Below, one piece after another: positions 23,169-31,750 of a stretch of DNA of 64,000 nucleotides. How positions within the stretch are numbered: the stretch's first letter is position 1; the number at the start of each line of letters is the position of its first letter. The notes beneath the pieces are model-generated. The model was not told where the DNA came from and did no database searches. It saw only the letters and a program-made list of their open reading frames with translations. The position numbers and the translations under genes are program-made. Location: the NCBI GenBank assembly GCA_032128115.1, contig JAQBHB010000090.1:50260-114259 (forward strand). The letters run 5' to 3'. Source of the DNA: Deltaproteobacteria bacterium. Its GTDB lineage: Bacteria > Myxococcota_A > UBA9160 > SMWR01.

Positions 23169-23705
23169 TCAGGCGGGCATCAGCGAAACATCGATCACCA
23201 GGCGATCCGCCTCCGCCTCGAGCGCCTCGCGCAGTTCCCGATGGTCCAGGTTGTCGGGCACCTCGGCCGCGATCCGCAGCTCGTAGTCGGGCGAGCCGCC
23301 CGGGCCCGGCCGGCTGCGGGTAGAGAGATCGGCGATGTTCACGCCGTGCGCGGCGAGCACGCCGCACAGGGAGGTCACGATCCCCGCGCGGTCTTCGCCG
23401 ACGGCCTCGATCCGGAACAGCCGGGTTCCCGGCGCGGGAACCGGCGGGCGCGGCTCGCCCTCCAGACCCCGCAACAGGATCGTGAGCCCGTAGTCGCGCT
23501 CCAGGCGCTTGGCTCCCACCGCGATCTGGGTGTCCACCTGGGGTTTCGCCGATGAGCACAGCAGGATCACGGCGAAGTCACTCCCGAGGATGCTCATTCG
23601 CGAGTCCTCGAGATTGGCGTCCGCGTCGAAAATCAGCTGGGTCAGCTCGGCCACGAGGCCGGGACGGTCGCGGCCGATGGCCGAGAGGATGAACCAGCGT
23701 TTCAT
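23169..23705 (-). CDS. Tandem ACT-domain protein, GcvR-like
   Basis: GRDRPGLV...NLEDSRM and GEDRAGIV...NIADL. Confidence 0.85.
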   Translation of the reverse strand: MKRWFILSAIGRDRPGLVAELTQLIFDADANLEDSRMSILGSDFAVILLCSSAKPQVDTQIAVGAKRLERDYGLTILLRGLEGEPRPPVPAPGTRLFRIEAVGEDRAGIVTSLCGVLAAHGVNIADLSTRSRPGPGGSPDYELRIAAEVPDNLDHRELREALEAEADRLVIDVSLMPA

Positions 23706-23719
23706 GGCCCCATTCTACG

Positions 23720-23926
23720 TCAATTCGGGGGGGCTTCGTCGCTGGCTTCGAATCCGACGCAGGTCACGACCGGCAGGGGGGGGTACCGCAGGAAGGAGGG
23801 ATCTCCCTCCGCCCGTCGGCAGCGCCAGAAGACACTGTCCCGGGCGCTGCGTTGGGCCGTGGCGTGGCGGCATCCACCACACAGTCCCGCTGCGTTTCCG
23901 GCCGGTGTTTGGCGCTCCGCCGCCAT
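23720..23926 (-). CDS. Small four-cysteine hypothetical protein
   Basis: GLCGGCRHA...SVFWRCRRA..DPSFLRYPPLPVVTCVGFE. Confidence 0.6.
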   Translation of the reverse strand: MAAERQTPAGNAAGLCGGCRHATAQRSARDSVFWRCRRAEGDPSFLRYPPLPVVTCVGFEASDEAPPN

Positions 23927-23951
23927 CAGTGTCAGTCTAGTATCGGGACCC

Positions 23952-24854
23952 ATGGGACGCCTCGGAAGCTTCTTCTCGCGACTCGAGCGGGTGCTCGAGC
24001 TCGGCGAGCAGATCCTCGAAGAGCTCGCCGGGAGGGGCGCCGACGAGGCGCTGTTCCCGCGACACCTGGCCTTCCGCTGGGACGTGAGCCGAGGGCCCGG
24101 TCGCCTGGTCCCCATCGAGGATCCCCACCGCTTCGATCTGGAGGATCTCGTGGGCGTGGACGCGGCGGTAGGCCGCCTGTTGGCGAACGTGGAGCAGTTC
24201 GTCGCTGGTTATCCATCGAACCACGTGCTCCTGTTTGGAGAGCGCGGCACCGGGAAATCATCGGCGGTCAAGGGCCTGCTGGGTCGCTTCGGCGCCCGCG
24301 GGCTTCGCCTGGTCGAGGTGCACAAGGCCGATCTGATGCACCTGCCGCGTGTGTTGTCGGCGCTGCGCGGTGCGCCCTTCCGGTTCATCCTGTTCTGCGA
24401 CGATCTGTCGTTCGACGCCGCCGAGTCCCAGTATCGCGAGCTCAAGGCGGCCCTGGAGGGAAGCCTGGTGGCCCCACCAGAGAACGTCCGGATCGTGGCC
24501 ACCAGCAATCGGCGCCACCTGCTGCCCGAAAGCATTGCCGACAACCGTGCCGCTCGCCTGGACGACTCGGGTGACCTCCACATGGGCGAGGCGGTGGACG
24601 AGAAACTTGCACTCTCCGATCGATTCGGACTGGTGCTGGGCTTCTACGGCTTCGATCAGGATACCTATCTGGCCATCGTGAGCCGGTATTCGGACAAGGC
24701 CGGTGTCCAGACACCGTGGCCCCGGGTGCGCGACGAGGCGCTGCGTTGGGCCCTGCACCGCTCGAGCCGTTCGGGTCGCACGGCGAAGCAGTTCGTCGAC
24801 GACCTGGCGGGTCGCGAGGCAATCGGCGACGTCCGCGAGGCAGTGGAGGGCTAG
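23952..24854 (+). CDS. AAA+ ATPase, DUF815 family
   Basis: GERGTGKSS, FCDDLSF, ATSNRRHL, EKLALSDRFG, SRSGRTA. Confidence 0.92.
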   Translation: MGRLGSFFSRLERVLELGEQILEELAGRGADEALFPRHLAFRWDVSRGPGRLVPIEDPHRFDLEDLVGVDAAVGRLLANVEQFVAGYPSNHVLLFGERGTGKSSAVKGLLGRFGARGLRLVEVHKADLMHLPRVLSALRGAPFRFILFCDDLSFDAAESQYRELKAALEGSLVAPPENVRIVATSNRRHLLPESIADNRAARLDDSGDLHMGEAVDEKLALSDRFGLVLGFYGFDQDTYLAIVSRYSDKAGVQTPWPRVRDEALRWALHRSSRSGRTAKQFVDDLAGREAIGDVREAVEG

Positions 24855-24886
24855 CTCGACGTGCGGACCCCCGCCGGAAGCCGCTG

Positions 24887-26356
24887 ATGGCGGGCGGGCT
24901 CGTGGCCACTGGACACGTGCGTGTGTCGGACGCCGCTGCTCGCATGCTTCGCGAGGGTGGCAACGCCTATGACGCCGCCGTGGCGGCTGGCTTCGCGGCG
25001 GCCGTGGCCGAGCCCATGTACACGAGCCTCGGGGGCGGGGGGTTCCTGCTGGCCCGGACGGCGGCAGGCCGCGAGGTGGTCTTCGACTTCTTCGCCGATT
25101 CACCCGGGCGCGGCCTGGATGAGCAGATGCTCGAGCCTCATTTCGTGCCCATGACCGTTCACTTCCCCGCGTCCGATCAGGTCTTCAACATCGGACTCGG
25201 CTCGGTGGCCGTCCCCGGCACCCTGCGCGGGCTGCTTCACGTGCACGCTGAGCTGGGGCGGATGCCCCTGGGACGCGTGGTTGCGCCCGCCACCGCGATG
25301 GCCCGGGACGGCGTCGTGCTGACCGCCCACCAGGCCTACGTAATTCGCCTGCTGGATCCCATCAACACGCTCTGCCAGGCGGGGCGCAGCCTGTATGCGC
25401 CCGGTGGGCGAACGCTTGGGGAGGGCGAAATCCTCTACAACCCGGATCTCGCCGACTTCCTGGGGTCGCTTCCCGACTCGGCTCGCGACTTCTACGAGGG
25501 GCCGGTTTCCCAGGCAATCGCCCGCGACATGCTCGAGGGCCGTGGCCTGCTCACCGGGGCCGACCTGCGCGGGTACCGGGTGATCGAGCGGGATCCGCTG
25601 GTGGTCGACTACCGCGGCCACCGGCTGCTCACGAACCCGCCACCCTCCGCCGGCGGCTCGCTGGTAGCCATGGCGCTGTCGCTCTGGGATGCCGGCCGCG
25701 CGCCGGACCGTGCCTGGGGAAGCCCCGCCCACCTGTGCCAGCTGGTGGCTGTGATGGAGCAGGTGGACCGGTCGCGAGAGGACGCGGCCGCTGCCTTCCG
25801 CAACCGCCGTGCCAGTGGCGGAACCACCCACGTAAGCGTCAGCGACGAGGAAGGAAACGCGGCCAGCATGACCGTATCCAACGGCGAGGGTTCGGGTTAC
25901 GTGGCACCGGGCACCGGCATCATGCTGAACAACATGCTCGGCGAGGACGACCTGCACCCGGAGGGGTTCCACGCGAGCCCGCCAGGGGGACGGGTGGCGT
26001 CGATGATGTCGCCGTCCGTGGTGCTACGCGATGGGAAGCTGCGTCTGATCTTGGGAAGCGGCGGCAGCAAGCGTATCCGCACGGCTCTCCTTCAGGTGGT
26101 GACCGCCGCGCTGGATTTCGAGATGGGTGTCCGGGATGCAGTGGAGGCCTCGCGGCTGCATTGGGACGGCGAGTGCGTCCAGGTGGAGCCGGGATTTCCA
26201 CCCGCGAGCCTCGAGGTTCTGGGCGATGGCTGGCCGGTAAACGCCTGGGAGGAGCGCAACCTCTACTTCGGAGGCGTGCACGCGGTCGACCCGGCGAACG
26301 GCGCGGCCGCAGGCGACCCCCGGCGCGACGGCTCCGGCCTGGTGGTCAGCCGATGA
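24887..26356 (+). CDS. ggt: Gamma-glutamyltransferase family protein
   Basis: GGNAYDAAVA, LGGGGF, nucleophile GTTHVSV, MLNNMLGE, SMMSP, GSGGS, GDPRRDG. Confidence 0.9.
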   Translation: MAGGLVATGHVRVSDAAARMLREGGNAYDAAVAAGFAAAVAEPMYTSLGGGGFLLARTAAGREVVFDFFADSPGRGLDEQMLEPHFVPMTVHFPASDQVFNIGLGSVAVPGTLRGLLHVHAELGRMPLGRVVAPATAMARDGVVLTAHQAYVIRLLDPINTLCQAGRSLYAPGGRTLGEGEILYNPDLADFLGSLPDSARDFYEGPVSQAIARDMLEGRGLLTGADLRGYRVIERDPLVVDYRGHRLLTNPPPSAGGSLVAMALSLWDAGRAPDRAWGSPAHLCQLVAVMEQVDRSREDAAAAFRNRRASGGTTHVSVSDEEGNAASMTVSNGEGSGYVAPGTGIMLNNMLGEDDLHPEGFHASPPGGRVASMMSPSVVLRDGKLRLILGSGGSKRIRTALLQVVTAALDFEMGVRDAVEASRLHWDGECVQVEPGFPPASLEVLGDGWPVNAWEERNLYFGGVHAVDPANGAAAGDPRRDGSGLVVSR

Positions 26357-27533
26357 CGCCCATCTTGCGGCCGACCTTGGCGATGGCCGTGAGTGCCATG
26401 TCCAGGTGCTCGCGCGTGTGGGTGGCCATGTACGACGTGCGGATCATGGCGTTTCCCGGCGGAACCGCCGGTGTCACCACCGGATTCACGAATACGCCCT
26501 CTTCCTGGAGCAGCGTGGTCATCCGGTAGGCGTCCATGTCCTCGCCGATCGCCATGGGAATCACCGGAGATTCCGAGTGTCCGGTGTCGAAGCCGAGCCC
26601 GTCGAGCTCGCGCTTCATGTATTTGGTGTTCTCCCACAGTCGCTTGCGGCGCTCCGGCTCCCGCTCGACCAGTTCCACGGCCTTCAGGGCTGCCGCCACC
26701 GACGAGGGCGGCGGGGCGGCCGAGAAGATCCCGGACCGGGCGTTGTGCTTGATGTGCTCGATCACCAGCGGCTCGCCAGCGATGAAGCCGCCCACAGACG
26801 CCAGCGACTTGGAGAACGTGCCCATCACCAGATCCACGTGCTCCTCCACGCCAAAGTGCTCGGGCGTGCCGCGCCCGTTCTCACCGAAGACGCCGATACC
26901 GTGGGCATCGTCCACCATGAGGCGCGTGCCATAGCGCTGCTTCAGCTCCACCAGCTTCGGCAGCGGGGCCAGGTCGCCCTCCATGGAGAAGACGCCGTCC
27001 ACCACGATGATCTTGCCCTTTTCCGGGTCGGCGACCTGGAGCTTCTTCTCCAGGTGCTCCATGTCGTTGTGGTGGTACTTGTGGTGTCGACCGAAGCTCA
27101 GCCGGCAGCCGTCGATGATGCAGGCGTGGTCGAGGCTGTCCAGGAAGGCGATGTCCTGGCGATCGAGCAGGCACGACAGGACGCCCAGGTTGACCTGGAA
27201 GCCCGTCGAGAACATGAGCACGGCCTCGCGCTTCATGAACTGGGCGAGCTTGTGCTCGAGCTGGACGTGGATGTCGAGGGTCCCGTTGAGCAGGCGCGAG
27301 CCGGCGCAGCCGGTGCCGTAGAGGGCCAGCGCCCGGCCCGCCGCCTCCTTGACCTCGGGATGGTTGGTGAGGCCCAGGTAGTTGTTCGAGCCCAGCATCA
27401 CCAGATCGCGGCCCTCGTGGCGAACCGTGGGGTCCTGGGCCGACGAAAGCGTCCGATAGTAGGGGTAGACGCCAGCCGCACGCATCTCGATCGTGCGGCT
27501 CGCTGAATCCCTGCATTTCTTGAAGATGTCCAC
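26346..27533 (-). CDS. Alpha-oxoamine synthase, most like bacterial serine palmitoyltransferase
   Basis: YPYYR, MLGSNNYLGL, GTGCAGSRLLNGT, DHACIIDG, DGVFSMEGD, DDAHG, PLP lysine in GTFSKS. Confidence 0.8.
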   Translation of the reverse strand: MDIFKKCRDSASRTIEMRAAGVYPYYRTLSSAQDPTVRHEGRDLVMLGSNNYLGLTNHPEVKEAAGRALALYGTGCAGSRLLNGTLDIHVQLEHKLAQFMKREAVLMFSTGFQVNLGVLSCLLDRQDIAFLDSLDHACIIDGCRLSFGRHHKYHHNDMEHLEKKLQVADPEKGKIIVVDGVFSMEGDLAPLPKLVELKQRYGTRLMVDDAHGIGVFGENGRGTPEHFGVEEHVDLVMGTFSKSLASVGGFIAGEPLVIEHIKHNARSGIFSAAPPPSSVAAALKAVELVEREPERRKRLWENTKYMKRELDGLGFDTGHSESPVIPMAIGEDMDAYRMTTLLQEEGVFVNPVVTPAVPPGNAMIRTSYMATHTREHLDMALTAIAKVGRKMGVIG

Positions 27534-27790
27534 AGCTCACTCCTCCATCGAGCAGGGCAGCTCTCGCTGTCGTCCTATTCCGGTGGGGGTCGGTCGTGGG
27601 CTGCCGTTCGGGGACATCGAGGCGGTTTGGGGTCCGCCGGTACTATCAGGCGCGTCAGGGTACCCCAGGCCGCCCGCACCCGTCACGGGTTCGAGTGAGG
27701 CCAAAACCGCTCGGTGGCTAGCCTCCGCCTGTCGGTCTAGACTCCGGCCTTCGATTCCCACCCTCCCCGTTCGTCCATTCGGGAGAAATC

Positions 27791-28588
27791 ATGAGCCGAA
27801 CGCTTGGCAGAGGGCCGGGCACGCTCCTTTTCGCCCTCGGCTTTACCGGCATGGCCCTTTTTCACCCCATACCGGAAGCCGGAGCCGAGGAGGCCCGAGA
27901 GAGGGATCGACCCGGACAGACCCTCGGGGCCGGGGACTACGATCCGCTCTTCGACGACGCCCCGGGACTTTCGGATGATTACGCCGCCCGCGACCCGTTC
28001 GAAGGGGTGAACCGGTTCACCCTGGGCCTGAACGAGCGCATCGACTGGCTGATCTTCGACCCGGTAACGCGGGTCTACCGTCTGGCGGTGCCCGAGCCCG
28101 CGCGCGACGGCATCCATCGGGTCTTCATCAATCTCAACTCGCCCGCGATCATCGTGAACAAGTTGCTGCAGTTCCGCTTCCAGGAGGCAGGAGTGGCCCT
28201 GGGGCGTTTTACCGTGAACACCACGGCGGGGTTCGGCGGCCTGTTCGACGCCGCCAAGGAGGCGGGTTGGGAACACAGCTACGCCGACTTTGGGCAGACC
28301 CTGGCCCTGTGGGGAACCCCGAGTGGTCCCTACCTGGTGATTCCCCTGTTCGGGCCCTCCACCTTGCGCGACGGGTTCGGCGACGTGGTGGACCAGTTCA
28401 TGAATCCGGTCACCTACTTCATCGGGCCGACGCCCCAGCTGTTCGCGGGTGCGGGCTACGGGTTCTCGCGGCGCGAGGCCGTCATCGACACGGTTCACGC
28501 GCTGCGGGATTCGTCGATCGACTACTACTCGGTGCTTCGGAGCGCGTACCTGCAGGATCGGGACGCCCAGCTCGAGTTCGACCGCTAA
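27791..28588 (+). CDS. mlaA: MlaA/VacJ family protein
   Basis: DPFEGVNR, RFTVNTTAGFGGLFD, DFGQTL, GPYLVIPLFGPSTLRD; no obvious lipobox Cys. Confidence 0.88.
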   Translation: MSRTLGRGPGTLLFALGFTGMALFHPIPEAGAEEARERDRPGQTLGAGDYDPLFDDAPGLSDDYAARDPFEGVNRFTLGLNERIDWLIFDPVTRVYRLAVPEPARDGIHRVFINLNSPAIIVNKLLQFRFQEAGVALGRFTVNTTAGFGGLFDAAKEAGWEHSYADFGQTLALWGTPSGPYLVIPLFGPSTLRDGFGDVVDQFMNPVTYFIGPTPQLFAGAGYGFSRREAVIDTVHALRDSSIDYYSVLRSAYLQDRDAQLEFDR

Positions 28589-28635
28589 CGGAGCGAGTTC
28601 GACCGCTAACGGATCGAGTTCGACCGCTAACCGAT
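28573..28635. repeat. 3 x 21-bp tandem repeat CGAGTTCGACCGCTAAC(G/C)GA(G/T)
   Basis: The first unit carries the mlaA stop; the array fills the gap between converging mlaA and mlaC. Confidence 0.95.
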
Positions 28636-29276
28636 CAAGACGCTTCGGCTTCACCCGCCTTCAGCTTGGCGATCTTGTCGTCGAGTGCGGTCAGCAATCC
28701 GTCCATGCCATCGCGCTGGATCAGCCCGGCGTATTCGGAACGGCGCAGGGCCAGCTCACTGACGGTGCCGTTGAAGTACACGTCGATGATCTTCCACTGG
28801 CCGTCCAGCAAGCGCAGTCTGTAGTTCAGCTGGACGGGCTCTTCGCTTGGGTCCACCAGCCGCGTGCGAACCAGGATCGTTTCGCGCAGGGCGGGCTCCT
28901 GGTCGACGGTCTCGAAGTGCTGGCCCGAGTAGCCGACGAAACGGCTCGCATAGTTGGCGATGGTGTAGCGGCCGAAGGTATCGACGAGTTTGGCCTTCTC
29001 CGCCTCGGTCGCCTTCTTCCAGTGACGGCCCACCGACTTCTCTGCCATGAACGCCAGGTCGAAGCAATCCTGCAGCACCGGTTTCAACTGGTCGTAGCGA
29101 CCGTCGTAGCCCAGCGAATCGGACTCCCTCATGACGGTGATGAGCGTTTGGTGGAGACGGTCGATCACCAGCTCGGGGCCGCTCTCTTGCGTGGGTGCGG
29201 GCGACGCACCGAAGGCGAACACCAACGCAAGCAGGCCCAGAATGTGCCTGCGTCGCCGCGGAAGGGTTCCGATCAC
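28635..29276 (-). CDS. mlaC: MlaC/Ttg2D (HpnM-like) lipid-binding protein
   Basis: Signal peptide; FDLAFMA..SVGRHW, LNYRL, WKIIDVYFNGTVSELALRRSEY. Confidence 0.85.
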   Translation of the reverse strand: MIGTLPRRRRHILGLLALVFAFGASPAPTQESGPELVIDRLHQTLITVMRESDSLGYDGRYDQLKPVLQDCFDLAFMAEKSVGRHWKKATEAEKAKLVDTFGRYTIANYASRFVGYSGQHFETVDQEPALRETILVRTRLVDPSEEPVQLNYRLRLLDGQWKIIDVYFNGTVSELALRRSEYAGLIQRDGMDGLLTALDDKIAKLKAGEAEAS

Positions 29277-29361
29277 GAGGGGCTCCGCGTGGTTTCGATC
29301 CGGGCGAGTCTACGGCAGCTGCCGGCCCTTGGACAGAAACGGAACGTGAAGTTCGCGCCGT

Positions 29362-30228
29362 TCATCCGTCCGCGAGGACGAAAGCGCTAACGGCCCCCGC
29401 GAAGCCCGCGGGGTTGTCCGTCATGACGGAGTGGCCGGCCTGCGGCACCACGGCCAGCTGGCCCTGGGCCAGAACCTCGTCCACCATCCGGTCGGCCGTG
29501 TCGGCGGAGAGGACGTCCGAGGCCGCCCCGCGCACCACCAGAGTGGGGCAGGCAATCTTCTCGAGTGCCTTCCACAGGGTCTCGCTCATGAGCTTGCCGC
29601 GTTGCTCTTCGGCTTCGGGGGATTCCGCCCGCCCCATGCCGCGCAACGCGGGATCCATCTTGAGCCCGAAGCGACCGTCGCCGCGCATGCGAACGCCGTG
29701 GCTGGCCATGCGCGCCAGGGCCGATGGCTGCGCCGCCGGGTACAGGAGCGACAGGGTGCGGGCATAGGCCTCCACCGAGTCGAAGGTCGGCTCCTGGTTC
29801 GACGTCGCCTCCATGCGGATCCTCGTCACCCCCCGGGCATCCAGGTCTGGACCGATGTCCACCAGCACCAGGCCCGCCAACCGGGCGCCATTGCGATCCG
29901 CGAACAGGGTCGCAATGCGGCCACCCAGCGAGTGACCCACCAACACCAGGCGGTCGATGCCGAGGGCCTCGGTCACGGCCTCCACGTCGCGCACCATGTG
30001 TTCGTGCTCGTAGCGGCCCTCGCTGTCCCAGTCCGAGTCTCCGTGTCCGCGATGATCCAGGGCGATCGTTCGGTAGTAGGGGGCGACGGCAGGCGCGAAA
30101 TCGTCCCAGACGTGGGCCTCGTTGCCGAAGCCGTGGAGCAGCAGGAGCGGCACGCCCTTCCGGCTCCACTCCAGCAGGTGGATGTTCAGGCCGTCGGCGC
30201 CCGGAAGCTTCCGCGATCGGGGTTCCAT
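29362..30228 (-). CDS. Alpha/beta hydrolase
   Basis: LLHGF, DHRGHGDS, GHSLGG, AGHSV. Confidence 0.92.
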   Translation of the reverse strand: MEPRSRKLPGADGLNIHLLEWSRKGVPLLLLHGFGNEAHVWDDFAPAVAPYYRTIALDHRGHGDSDWDSEGRYEHEHMVRDVEAVTEALGIDRLVLVGHSLGGRIATLFADRNGARLAGLVLVDIGPDLDARGVTRIRMEATSNQEPTFDSVEAYARTLSLLYPAAQPSALARMASHGVRMRGDGRFGLKMDPALRGMGRAESPEAEEQRGKLMSETLWKALEKIACPTLVVRGAASDVLSADTADRMVDEVLAQGQLAVVPQAGHSVMTDNPAGFAGAVSAFVLADG

Positions 30229-30308
30229 CGCCTTTCATGCTACCCGAATCCCGCGCGGTCGAGGGAGATCGCAGGCGAGCGCAGTCCATTGAGCTAGTTT
30301 CGCGCCCC

Positions 30309-31706
30309 GTGCTCGCACCCCGGTCGGTTCTCGACGCGCTCGACGCTGGCTTCGACCAGACTCTCGTTGATCTCATGGACCTGGCGCGGATCCCCGGCGT
30401 ATCCGCGGCCGGTTTCGATCCCCGCCAGCTCGAGATTTCGGCCGAGAAGGTCTCGGATCTGGTGACCGCCGCGGGCCTCGGGGGCGTTGAGATCCTGCGT
30501 CAGGGCGACGCCCATCCCTATGTGGTGGCTGAAGGCAAGGGGGCCCCAGAAGGCGCGCCCACGGCGCTCTACTACGCGCACCACGATGTACAGCCCCCCG
30601 GGCGGCTCGATCGCTGGGAGACTCCCGCCTTCGAGCCCACGGTTCGCGCGGACGGGCGTCTCTATGGTCGCGGTGTCGTGGATGACAAGGCGGGACTGCT
30701 GCTTCACCTGGCGGCGATGCGCGCCTGGATCGAAGTCACCGGAAGCTTGCCGCTGCACGTGAAACTCGTGGTGGAGGGCGAGGAGGAGATCGGCTCGGCC
30801 CACCTGGCAGATTTTCTCCGCGCCCAGCGGGAGCGCCTGGATGCCGACGTGCTGGTGCTCTCCGACACCCAGAATCTGGACACGGGCCTGCCGTCCCTCA
30901 CGGCGAGCCTGCGCGGCCTGGTGGCGGTGGACGTCACGGTTCGCGCCCTGGACCACCCGCTACACAGCGGCATGTGGGGCGGGCCCGTGCCCGATGCGGC
31001 CACGGCGCTGGCATCGCTGCTGGCGCGACTCGTGGACGAGACCGGCGAGATCGCCGTGCCCGGAGTTCTCGACGACGTTCCGGAGCTCGAGCCCGAGGAG
31101 CGGGCGCGAATCGCAGCGCTCCCCTTCGACGACGCGAAATTTCGGGCTGATGCCGGGGTGTTGGACGGCGCCCGGCTTTCCGGCAACGGGGCCGGCGACA
31201 TCTACGAGCGCCTCTGGTACCGGCCGGCCCTGGCGCTCACGGCCCTGGAGGGCATGCCACTCGCAAGCGCTGGCAACCAGTTGATGGCCGAGGCGCGCGC
31301 GCGGGTCGGCGTGCGCCTGGCGCCCGGCCAGGATGCGGAGCGCGTGCGGGACTGTCTGGAGACATTTCTGCGCAGGGATCCACCCCGGGGCGTGGTGGTG
31401 GAGACCGAGGCTGAGGTGGCGGTGTCCGGTTGGCGCACCATCCCCGAGGGTCCCGCTTTCGAGGCCGCCCACCGCGCGCTCACGGCCGGCTTCGGGCGCG
31501 AGTCGGTGGTGATCGGCTGCGGGGGGTCGATCCCCTTCGTGGGCCCGTTCGCAAAGGTGTTGGGCGGCGTGCCGGCCTTGCTCCTGGGGCTGGAAGATCC
31601 GCCCTGTAACGCCCACGGCGAGAATGAAAGCCTCGACCTGGACGATTTCCGCAAGGCCGCGCACGCGTCCGCCCACCTTCTCGCGGAACTCGCAAGCTTG
31701 CGATGA
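30309..31706 (+). CDS. M20/M25/M40 family metallo-dipeptidase
   Basis: YAHHDVQP, GRGVVDDK, EGEEEIGS, LHSGMWGG, GGSIPF, AHGENES; start approximate. Confidence 0.9.
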   Translation: MLAPRSVLDALDAGFDQTLVDLMDLARIPGVSAAGFDPRQLEISAEKVSDLVTAAGLGGVEILRQGDAHPYVVAEGKGAPEGAPTALYYAHHDVQPPGRLDRWETPAFEPTVRADGRLYGRGVVDDKAGLLLHLAAMRAWIEVTGSLPLHVKLVVEGEEEIGSAHLADFLRAQRERLDADVLVLSDTQNLDTGLPSLTASLRGLVAVDVTVRALDHPLHSGMWGGPVPDAATALASLLARLVDETGEIAVPGVLDDVPELEPEERARIAALPFDDAKFRADAGVLDGARLSGNGAGDIYERLWYRPALALTALEGMPLASAGNQLMAEARARVGVRLAPGQDAERVRDCLETFLRRDPPRGVVVETEAEVAVSGWRTIPEGPAFEAAHRALTAGFGRESVVIGCGGSIPFVGPFAKVLGGVPALLLGLEDPPCNAHGENESLDLDDFRKAAHASAHLLAELASLR

Positions 31707-31750
31707 GCCGCGGCGAGGCAAGGCCGGGTGTGGTCCAGTAAAATGGCTCC

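Noticed and set aside
20479..23559. 1026-aa minus-strand ORF
   Set aside because: Arg/Pro/Gly-rich shadow overlapping several well-supported genes.
28573..28635. Possible mini-CRISPR
   Set aside because: The units are contiguous with no unique spacers, and no cas genes are in the window.
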